This document shows, piece after piece, positions 53,635-64,000 of a stretch of 64,000 nucleotides of DNA; within the stretch, counting starts at the first letter, position 1; every line of letters starts with the position of its first letter. The notes under the pieces are model-generated. The model ran no database searches and was not told where the DNA came from. It saw nothing but the letters and a program-made list of their open reading frames with translations. The stretch comes from Neoconidiobolus thromboides FSU 785 (taxonomy: Eukaryota > Fungi > Entomophthoromycota), in the NCBI GenBank assembly GCA_025603075.1, contig MU626276.1:117419-181418 (forward strand), in the 5' to 3' direction. The position numbers and the translations under genes are program-made.

Positions 53635-56600
53635 TTAAAAAACAGGAGTGCCATTAGATATCGATTTGGGTTCAAGTGATCTACCATAAAGCGTTGTTGA
53701 TATCATTTTATATTCTTCTTGATAATGCCTTTGCTTATTACCTACTGCTACTGCAGAAGAGGGACCTCTTCCAGAATACCTTACTTTTTTAAAGCTATCA
53801 CCCAATGAAGTAATAATACGTGGCAATACATGTGAATAAGGACCCATATTGATTGGTTCTTCTTGGCACCAAACAACCTCAGCATTTGGATATTTATCAC
53901 AATACTCTCTTATTAAATCGAATGGGAATGGGGCTAATTCTTCAATCCTTGAAATGGCTACATCATCAATATTATTCATTTCTCTTGCTTTTAATAGTCG
54001 GTAATACACTTGTCCACTACATAAGATATGGCTGCGTATTTTGTCTTCTTTAACTAATTTATCAGAATATTGTTCTGGATATGCTCTTTGGAATCCATTT
54101 GAGTTTAATTCGAGATCCTCATAAGTAGAACGTGCAATTGGATGACGTAATATTCCTTTGCCATTGAATGAGATTAAAGGTTTACGATAACTTCTTTTAA
54201 TCTGTCTTCTTAAAGCATGAAAATAATTTGCAGGTGTAGTACAATTGATAATGGACCAATTAATGTCCTGATGTTGTCTTGAAATAGATGATGGTAAAGT
54301 GTTTGGATCTTCATCAGTTAATTGTAAATATCTTTCAATTCTACCACTTGAATGTTCCGGGCCATTCCCATCGAACCCATGAGGTAAAGCAATACATATA
54401 CCTGAGGATTGTAGCCATTTTTGCTCACTTGATGCAATAAATTGATCAATCATACATTGAGCAACATTGGAAAAATCACCAAATTGTGCTTCCCATATGA
54501 CTAAGGAATTAGGGTCATTTATACTGTAACCAAACTCAAAACCAAGGACACCAAACTCACTCAAAGAAGAATTACATGGATAAAATAGGGCTTGATCATT
54601 ACTCATTGAATTTAATGGTGTAAATTTATTTTCACTTGATTGGTCAATCAATACAGCATGACGCTGTGAAAATGTACCTCTCTCCACATCTTGTCCACTT
54701 ATTCTTACAGGTGAACCCTCTAATAATAAAGTACCAAATGCTAATAATTCAGCAGTTGCCCAATCAATTGATTTACCTTCTAAAGCCAAATTTTTTCTAT
54801 TTTGAAGTACTTTAATTAAATTCTTATGTATCTTAAAATCATTTGGATAAGAGCTAAAAGTTTCTGCAACTTTAATCAAATCTTCTCTTTTTGCACCTGT
54901 ATCAACTGCTACTGCGATTTGATTATGAATTTCTTTTGGTGACATTAATTGTGGATGGCTTTTAATTTCCCAATTCTTATTTTTTGGTATTAAATCACGG
55001 CTTTTTTGATATGCTTTATCAAATTTACTTAATGAATTTTCCTTAATCAAATCTAACTCTTTTTGATTGACTAAACTTTCTTTTAATAATCTGGCACTAT
55101 ATTTTTCTAATACAGGAGTATGCTTTGCTATGGCATTGTACATCTTTGGTTGAGTATAACTTGGTTGATCTACTTCGTTATGACCATTTTTACGATAACA
55201 AATTAAATCAATGAAGATATCCTCATTAAATTTTTGGCGCCAATCAACTGCAATTTGACAGGCCTTTAATACTGAATCAATATCATCTCCATTAACATGA
55301 ATAACTGGTGCTTGAATGGCTTTGGCAATATCACAGCAATAATTAAATGATCTCGAGATATGAGGATTGGTAGTAAACCCTATTTGATTGTTAACTACCA
55401 TGTGTATTGTCCCACCTGTATTAAATGAAGGTAACTTATGAAATCCGATAGTTTCATAAACAACTCCTTGTCCGGCTACTGCAGCATCACCGTGTAGCAA
55501 TAAACAAATAGTATCGTTATGATTTACTTCGCCATTTTCTTGTGTTTGTTTTGATCGAGTTGTACCCATTGAGACTGGATTAACCGCTTCAAGGTGAGAT
55601 GGGTTAGCAGATAAAGATAAGTTAATTTTATGTCCATTTAAAGCTTGATGGGTGTGCTCAGCTGATAAATGGTAAGAAGAATCACCTGACCAAGGATGGG
55701 GTGGAATTACTTTTCCAGAGAATTCAGCATAAATATTTTCGGCAGGTTGTCCCATGACATTACAATATAAGTTCAATCTTCCACGGTGGGGCATACCAAT
55801 CACCATATTCTTAACCTTATTTTCAGCAGCGTGGTCTATTAAAGCCAATATACCTGGTATCATTGCATCACCTCCTTCTAAACCATATCTTTTTACAGTA
55901 GTGAATTTTGTTGCAAATGTATATTCAAAGTTATCTGCATCAACTAAACGTTCAAGTGCCGCCTTCCTAACTTGAGCTGGCATCTCAACGATACTGCTTT
56001 GTTCAATTTTTTCCTTTAGCCATTCTATTTTTTGGGTATTATTAATATGATTAAACTCATAGCCTATTGTTGAACCTAAGTATAAATAAAGTAAATATAT
56101 TGTATTGATATATATTAAAATAATAGTAATACTTACAATATAAATCATTTAATATCTCAATAATTTCACTAAGTTTCAAGCTAGTGATACCACGCTTAAA
56201 ATAATTTGGTAATAGATCTGAACCGAGTTGGAATTCGATGTTGAGGTCGTCTTCAGTTAATGAATAAGTAGATAGTTGTAATTCAGGCGGGGTTATAGTT
56301 GATTTCAAATTTAAAGGGTCCAACTTTGAGATATAATGACCATAACTATAATAATTGTCAACTAGTTTTTTTACATTATAATAAGTTTTTGAATGATTGT
56401 CTTCCTTAAAATTATTATCTGTTGTTGGAAATATTCCGTTAGATAAACTTGATTTTATTAAATTAGGCGGTGGTTGATATGCTGGTAATATCCCTTGATT
56501 GATATTGCTAAAGTATAACTGCCATGACAAATGTACTGAGTTTGGATCCTTTTGCCATGCTTGGTACATGGTTTCAATATAACTTCCACCACTTGCAGCT

Positions 56601-56764
56601 AAAAAGGGGTCTGTAGGTTGGGTTGTAGGAGGGAATAAATCGTCTAAAGGTGAACTTGAGCTTCTGTTTAAACTTAACGAAGTTGATAGATATCTACCAT
56701 TTTTTAGATTAGATAGTACATATCGCTTTAAATAGTTTGTATATCGTAATTTATTTGAAAGCAT
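53635..56764 (-). CDS. Second, divergent 2-oxoglutarate dehydrogenase E1-like paralogue (intron 56076-56136)
   Basis: [57 protein letters not shown]...[16 protein letters not shown]; intact full-length frame. Confidence 0.93.
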
Positions 56765-58224
56765 TGTTTATTGATTAAAAAGTAATCTTAAATTCTTAGC
56801 TTGATTCAATTTATAGTTTTTTGTTTCTTTACTATTGGTAATTTTACTTTATTTTTAATTTCGACTCTCGTTTTATTTATTTATTCCCCTTAATTAGAAT
56901 TAATTAATATTTAATAATATAGTGTGACTGTTTTTATTCATCAAATAAACTTAAAGCGTCTTTGTTATAAATAGCTCATTTTACTTGTGTCTATCTATTA
57001 ATCTTAATGCGCTTCCCCATAAATGGCCTAAGTTGAGTTTGAAGGTTGTGTTTGTACAATATAAATTTTCTTTTTCCCACGCTTTTATTTTCTGTTGTAC
57101 TTTTTATGCTTTAATTTTCGTCACTCTTTTGACAGCTTGAAGAATATCAGCTGATTTACCCTTAATTAGAAGTCAGCTTGTTATTAAGGGATATTAAAAC
57201 TTAACCAATGGTATGTTGCGGATAAATCACACTTTTAGCCACTATGCATTGATATAAAAAAATCACTATTGAGCTATTTGTAATATTGAAATGAGATGAA
57301 TCATAGCACTTGATATTTGTTATAAAGTTTGAATTATTGTATATCATAGATTTAATATATTATTTTATGTTTATTTTTAGGCTAAAATTATCAAATAAAA
57401 GTGATACTTTTTAAAAATGCAATGCTACGACTCTTTTAAATATAAAACATTTTCAGTAAAAGAATATGGGGTTGATGTTATATTGTTTTTACTATTTTTA
57501 AATTCAAGCTAATTTATCATAATCTTGTACAGTATTAGTATAGACTTAAAACTTCTAAATGCTACTTCAAAAATTTCATTTATAGATTTAAATTTAACAA
57601 GCTCCTATGACATGAGTTAGTTTGCTTAGTTCAAATTTTGTCAATTTGATTTTAGCAAAATTAAAATTAAAACTGAGTGTTACCAGAACTTGTTAATAGA
57701 ACTTAAAATAGTCGAAGCAGTACAGTAACTCGAATAAAATACTAACTGATTTAGTATTATAACAATTGGAAATATAATAGATAACTACTTTGTTTTTATT
57801 ATCTATTGTATATTATTTGAAATTTGTTATTAAAGTGTTTTTCAAAAAATATACTAGGGTGACGGTCAGCAATAAGTTTGTTAAAAAAGCAAATTATATA
57901 GCTTTTAGAATAGTCATAACAATTTTTGGACTAAAGCTATCACTGGCTTAAATAATCTTATACCACATTAAGTGTAGCTTTGAGTTTCTTAATGGGCTTT
58001 TCAAAAATCCTTGTAGGATACTTTTCTATAAAGCCTCAAAGTAGTAAATTTTATAAAATTGATATAGTAATAAAAAATAAAAGTTTAGCTGGAAATAAAA
58101 TACAAACATCCAAGTATAAAACAATTTAAATATTGGAATATTCAATGATTTTTTAAATAATAGGATAAATAAATTTTAAAGAGGCATAAAATCAAACGCT
58201 AAATACTTTATTTGGTACAAATAC

Positions 58225-58812
58225 TTAGTAATACTTTGGTCTTGCTGTGGTGACGTATTTTGTGGTAGTTACGGTCTTAGTTACTTTAGTGCCAACGGTT
58301 GTAGTAGTAGTAACTACAACTGGGACTTCTCTGGTGATAGTCTTAGTTACAGTAGTTGGGACAATTACAGTACTAGTGGAAGTTTCAGTGAAAGTTGTGA
58401 CGGGATGTAAGTAAGTGGTATGGATTACATCGGTGACGGTAGAAGTTACAGTAGCAGTTGAGGTGCTTACGTTATTTGGGTTTGTTACAGTAATAGTAGT
58501 AGTTGGTCTTCCAGTAGGTACAGTGACAACCTTAGTTGATGTACTAGTTACAGTATCATATTTGGTCTCCTTAACAGTAAGGGTAGATACATCTTTGACT
58601 GTATATTTATCAGTTTTAGTGATAGTTTTATAGCCAAGGACTTTAGTAGTAGTAGTGTAATCAGTTTTAGTTGAAGTTACAGTTACAGTTTTACCGCCAT
58701 ATCCGTAGCCTCCGCCATAATTATCTTTATACTCATCACTTCCGGGCATATTTGGAATAGCAGCATTAGCAACAGCTAAACTCAATAAGGCATAAGTAAT
58801 AAAATTCTTCAT
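58225..58812 (-). CDS. Secreted Cys-free Thr/Val-rich protein A (intronless)
   Basis: MKNFITYALLSLAVANA signal peptide, DNYGGGYGYG, Thr/Val-rich body. Confidence 0.8.
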   Translation of the reverse strand: MKNFITYALLSLAVANAAIPNMPGSDEYKDNYGGGYGYGGKTVTVTSTKTDYTTTTKVLGYKTITKTDKYTVKDVSTLTVKETKYDTVTSTSTKVVTVPTGRPTTTITVTNPNNVSTSTATVTSTVTDVIHTTYLHPVTTFTETSTSTVIVPTTVTKTITREVPVVVTTTTTVGTKVTKTVTTTKYVTTARPKYY

Positions 58813-59502
58813 ATTTGTAAGCAATTAAAGGAACGTTTTTATACAACCAGGTATATAGTGTAAATTTACTCTTCTTCAAGAAAAGATAAAGGCAAGTTTA
58901 TATCAGAACGATAATTTAATTTGAAATGAGTAAAATCAGCGTTTATATACTATCATAACTTGCTGTGTTGAAGATCTACTCTGTAGATTAAAATTTAAAA
59001 AGATATTCAGCCATAATAAAATTACTATTTTCAATGAATATCAAAGCACATCTAACGCTAACTATTATTTTAAAAATAGGAATTTGTCTTATTAATTAAG
59101 TGTTTTGAATTAATTGTAAGGATCTAACGCAGGTTATCAAATAAATAAAGTCAATTGCGTGATTTTTAAATTATCAATCAGATTTCCTAACGTAATTTCA
59201 ATAATTTTTAGAATTCACCTTAGATTTTAGCTATAAAAATGATATTTTATAAATTTACGTTCAAAAAATTTAATATCCTAAAATTTAATTTGATTTTCAT
59301 AAATCAGCCATAAATTAGCATCTCAATGTAAATTGATCTACTTTAATAAAGATAGACTAGAAAAATATAGTATATAAATCAAGGGATTCTCGTTCATTTT
59401 ATTTATCATTAAGCTCAAGCTTTGAATATATCCAATACTTCTTGAAGGAGTTATACTATTATTTACTTACTATACTGATTGACTCAGGAATTTACTTATA
59501 AA

Positions 59503-60132
59503 ATGAAGAACTTTATAACTCTTACTTTGTTTGGTTTATCTACTATTGCTGCCGCCGCTGCCCCACAAGCAATTGTATTAGATGCCTTAGATGAGAATTA
59601 TGGTGATGGCTATGGTCATGATGATTATGGTTATAAAGCTAAGACCAAAACAGTAACTAAATACGTTACTACCACACTTACTAAGGAAACTGGTATATAT
59701 TTGACTGATACCTTTATCACCGTCATTGGAACTACCACTATTAAGAGTACTGATACTGTTACTAATGTCATCACTGTACCAACCACTAGCGTTGTTACTT
59801 CCACTTCTACAAAATATGAAAATGAGACCGGTCCTACTGTAACTAGAACTGTAACTGTTCCAACTACTACTGTTTCTACTAAGACTGAAATCAGACGTAC
59901 TACCAGTGAAAGCACTACTGACATCTACCCAAAGACCACTACAACTAAAGTTGTAACTACGACCATCCCAACCACTATCTACACCACTACTACTGTAGAT
60001 AAAACTGTAACTTCAACTAGTACTGTCACTGTTACTACAACTGATTTCGTAACCAGTACCAAGACCAAGACCAAGACTGTCTATACTGATAACTATGATG
60101 ATGATTATGGTTATACCCCAACACCATACTAA
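59503..60132 (+). CDS. Secreted Cys-free Thr/Val-rich protein B (intronless)
   Basis: MKNFITLTLFGLSTIAAA signal peptide, ENYGDGYGHDDYGY, Thr/Val-rich body, DDDYGY tail. Confidence 0.8.
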   Translation: MKNFITLTLFGLSTIAAAAAPQAIVLDALDENYGDGYGHDDYGYKAKTKTVTKYVTTTLTKETGIYLTDTFITVIGTTTIKSTDTVTNVITVPTTSVVTSTSTKYENETGPTVTRTVTVPTTTVSTKTEIRRTTSESTTDIYPKTTTTKVVTTTIPTTIYTTTTVDKTVTSTSTVTVTTTDFVTSTKTKTKTVYTDNYDDDYGYTPTPY

Positions 60133-60546
60133 AGTTTTATAATAAATTCGGATAGTTGTAAGATTAAAGTTTTAAGATTGACTTTTTTATAAATTACTAT
60201 TCTAATAAGCTTCAACTAAAAAAACATTGATAAAAATTGTTAGATTAAATTTTAATATAGCTTCAAGTTACCAAAATTGAATGCAATGTTTAGCTGAACA
60301 AGATATTTAGTTTCTATATTTTGTAGTGTAGGGTTAGAAGAGGTTTTATAAAAGATCTTAGATAGCTATAACTAACACAAAATTATACAATTAAAAAAAT
60401 TATTGAGATTATGTATTATATGAAATTTTTCTATTACTTTTATAAAATATTGAAATGATAAAATATTACCATGTAGACTAAGGTATATATCCAAAGTAAT
60501 CTCTAACTTTATTAGTTTCCAGCCAAAATACATTTAAAGTCTATAT

Positions 60547-60644
60547 GGGGATGTTTTTTGTGTTTAAGAATTTTACTAACAGTTTTTTCACTCAAATAGT
60601 GCTTAAAAGATGGAAAAAGTGATGAAGTCAAAAAAACATCGCCC
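60547..60644. mobile_element. MITE copy 8
   Basis: GGGGATGTTTTT...AAACATCGCCC; flanks ATAT/ATAT. Confidence 0.9.
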
Positions 60645-60828
60645 ATATTAATATCTCAATTTACAATAAATCTTCAATCCTTTACTACTAAAATTAGTAT
60701 TTTAAAATTCTTAAATTACTAGTTTAATGATTGGTTTAATTTCTATTAATCAAAATTTTTATAGTGGGCAAAGTTTGATTTTAGTTTTTGAGTTTAAAAT
60801 ATAAAAAATGTTTAATAAAACTAATATT

Positions 60829-63249
60829 GGGGCTGTCCTAACTGGTTTCAGAATCTACTTAGAAATTAATCCAAATTTAAAATTTAAAGTTTGTCCAATA
60901 TAACGGTTAAATCTAAAAAGCCTAAAATTAAATGTCTCTATTTAAAACTTGTTTTGATGGTTTCCTTTTCTTAAATAGCTAATTTTCCTAATTATATAAA
61001 TACACTTGACTTTATTTTTTGTTGAAATAAAAATAAAATGCAAACTTTCATAACTAAACTTCGAAATGGAATTTTTGAAAACTCCAATACAATAGGGAGG
61101 AGTACACAATATAAACATTGTAATTCATTTACATCAATTTTAAGAGCTACTTATAACAACCCAAGGTTTATGGAATTTTATAATAAAACAAAACAAAACA
61201 AAATAAAACAAAACAAAGAAAAGATACATTATCAAAATTTATTATCGATAGTAATAAACTTAATCAAGTAATGTATAAAATTGGTGCTTTGAGGGAAACA
61301 GGAAATAAAAACCAACAAGTAGCGTTATTATCAACTATAGCTTCAGTATATTCTTTTGATGAATGTAAAAGTTTTGGGTTTAATATAAATAGAAATCAAT
61401 ATGATTATTCAAAAACAAGTAACAATAGTAATAAAATATTAACGGTAAAACCTATCTATTATTAAAAATACAAAAAAAATTAAAGATGACCAAATTGAAA
61501 CTATTATACAATATTTACTAAATGATTCAACTATTTCATCAAGATTTAGTAAAAAAAATAATGATAGTAAATATTCATTAGATAATATATATTAAACAAA
61601 AGTAGAAGAATGATATATAGTAAATATTTTAATGATCTAAGAGATAAAGCAGTAGCTAGGTCAACGTTCCTTAAATATATACCAAGTAATTTCAAAAATC
61701 CAGCAAGAAAAACGGATCTATGTAATATATGTGCTCAGTATACAGTTAGAAAAAAGCTATTTGAAAATAAAATAAATACAGCAATAAAAAACAAAGCAGA
61801 GATAGAAGAAATTTTCAACAAAGAAGAAAAACTATACAAATTACATAAATTCTGTGTTGATACTCAAAAAAACACATTTAATGAAACTATNNNNNNNNNN
61901 NNNNNNNNNNNNNNNNNNNNNNNNNNNNNNNNNNNNNNNNNNNNNNNNNNNNNNNNNNNNNNNNNNNNNNNNNNNNNNNNNNNNNNNNNNCCAGATTCAA
62001 TAAATCTAGATCATTATAATAAACAAGCTATATCAGTATTAGGCTTTGGTGTATTATATTTAAAAGATGATAAAACAATAGGCAAAGTTTACTTTGATTA
62101 TTTATCTGAAATATTGAATCATAATTCAGCATATGCAAGAGATTGTTTAATCAATTTAATCTCTACAGAGCTTCTATTTAAAAAGTTTACAAAAATTAAT
62201 ATATGGGCAGATACAGGAAATCATTTTAGATCCCAAGAGTTCCTACACTATATGTTTAAAGAAATTCACAAAATAAATAGTAATTTGAGTGTTAATCTTA
62301 ATTTTTTTGCTGAGCATCATGGAAAAAGTATAGTTGATGGACATTTTGGAAACCTTTCAAAATGGAAAAGTAGTTTTGAAGCATTAGATAAAATAGAAGA
62401 TACCAATCAATTAATTTCAAGATTTGAGGCTTTTGTTTGCGAGCATAATAAAATTGATAACTCGACTGTTAATAATAGGAAAACAGATATAATTTTAAAA
62501 AGTATGAAAGATACAAAAATACAAAAAGAGTAGTAGAGATGCAAGGCATTAATAAGTATTTACACTTTATTAAGCATAACAATAAACTACATTGTTATCC
62601 AATATCTGATACATCAAAAAAAAGTGATATAGTTCTAATTAAAGTTATAGAGTTTATAGAAAATAGAAAAATTAAAAGATCAATCCCAGCTTACCTTACG
62701 AAGATAACAGAGAATTTAAAAATTTCGATATTCACTAAGCAAGTAAGTAGTTTGTTGAATGATAGAAATAGATTATTAAATGTTAAGATTACTTAAGTTA
62801 TTAATAGCTAAGTTAATAAATAGTCAAAGAACAAGTAATTGTAATAATATGTAAAAACTATTATTACTTGTACTATATAGGGATGGTTAATCATAGTTTT
62901 GGGGCTAACCACTCCCTCCCATGCAGCTATTTGTTAACTTGGCAATATATTAATAATGTAATTACAACATTAAAATAGTTTATTTATTTGATAACAAATC
63001 TACAATGTTGGTTATAAAGCAGTTGATAATAAATATTTCTCAATTAAGCTTTATAAGAATATGTATTTAAGATCTAGTAGAAATTCAACTAACTTACAGT
63101 ATGAGCTATAATAGAATGATTTAGAACTGTGTTTTTGGGTACTTTTGTTTTAATAAAAGATATAATTTTGTATAATTTTAAGCGAAGTTTTTAAAATACA
63201 AAATTTTTGAAAAATTGGATAAAATAATGAAACTAATTCAAACAACCCC
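60829..63249 (+). mobile_element. Degenerate Sola-like DDD-transposase DNA transposon (frameshifted, contains an assembly gap)
   Basis: ORF 61610..62533 has KTDLCNIC, IWADTGNHFRSQEF and NFFAEHHGKSIVDGHFG; upstream ORF pieces are broken at poly-A runs; imperfect 22-bp terminal inverted repeats (16/22). Family assignment is from recalled motifs. Confidence 0.65.
61891..61990. other. Assembly gap (100 N)
   Basis: Run of N inside the transposase ORF; true length unknown. Confidence 1.
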
Positions 63250-63465
63250 ATATATTTTCAGGTAAAAACATTTATTATTTAAAGTAGTATAATTCAAATA
63301 AAGTTGATAATCAATAGACTTTAGTTCATATAAACAAAGTAAACTATATTTTATAAATAGAAAATATCTGTTATTAAATTATATAAAATAACAAAAACAA
63401 ATATAAGAATAAAAATAAATTAAATATCATATAGGCTTTAATATAAAAACATAGCATAACAATAT

Positions 63466-63543
63466 AAGGATTTTTTTGTTTTTTAAATGCTATTTAAGCA
63501 GAAAAATTCTTAGTAAAATTCTTAAATAAAAAAACATATCTTC
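63466..63543. mobile_element. MITE copy 9 (internally deleted)
   Basis: Core GCTATTTAAGCAGAAAAATTCTTAGTAAAATTCTTAAA; flanks ATAT/ATAT. Confidence 0.75.
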
Positions 63544-64000
63544 ATATTTGACTAATTAAAATATTTATATTTTAAAATAAAAAATGTTGATATTCTATAT
63601 GTCAAATATCGCTTTGTCAGCTCCATTATTGATTATAGCATAATAGTCATTTAAATTGTGTTCTCGAATTTGGAGACAATCAATTACAGGCTCTTATTTT
63701 GATTTTTTGTGAGGATTTCTGTCATGTAATTCCAAAGGACATTATCTTCCCATTTTGATATTCATACTTGTTGGAGTATAAAAAAGATTTTGGAATATAA
63801 CAACTCAAGGCTTTATAATTGAACTATCCCTTGATACCATACATTTAATAAGGCCAATAAATCCTTCTGGTAGTATTTTACGTAGATTTTACATTAGTAT
63901 TGTCTATTCTATTTGCCTTACATAGTCCGTAATATATTACATACTATTCATCATAATCCAAGTCTACCTTAGTTACATAAACTAAGACCTTTCGACTTAC

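Noticed and set aside
57468-57610. ATAT-GGGGTTG as a further MITE left end
   Set aside because: No matching right end or conserved core.
63600-64000. Minus-strand fragment KILPEGFIGLIKCMVSRD resembling a kinase C-lobe remnant
   Set aside because: Interrupted by many stops, truncated by the window edge and too short to assign.

Overview
AT-rich, intron-dense eukaryotic DNA from an early-diverging fungus. An entomophthoralean/Conidiobolus-like source is inferred from composition, 43-66 nt GT-AG introns and gene content; it is not proven. The window holds about 25 protein-coding genes, reconstructed by hand across introns. Most are housekeeping: TVP23 (3' end), Rab18, bacterial/plant-type isopropylmalate synthase, KGD1, U2SURP, Igo1/endosulfine, a DPP4-family peptidase, RIO2, NPC2, PP4, a copper-fist factor, EAF1, RIB3, carboxypeptidase Y, RCE1, endonuclease V, ALG3 and XPF/RAD1. 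There are also two pairs of Thr-rich secreted proteins, nine copies of a ~95-bp MITE and a degenerate Sola-like transposon. No rRNA, tRNA or CRISPR was found. Top leads: (1) reading-frame logic predicts a single-nucleotide exon (G, 30242) between two back-to-back canonical introns in EAF1; (2) a MITE family with GRG termini and 4-bp target duplications sits next to a candidate parental Sola-type DDD transposon; (3) a second KGD1 paralogue has the substrate-pocket motif GDVKYHLG changed to GDSSYHLS; (4) a 13-intron-scale gene invisible in the ORF track encodes a PPP1R21 (FERRY Fy-2) homologue. No database searches were run; family calls rest on recognised motifs.
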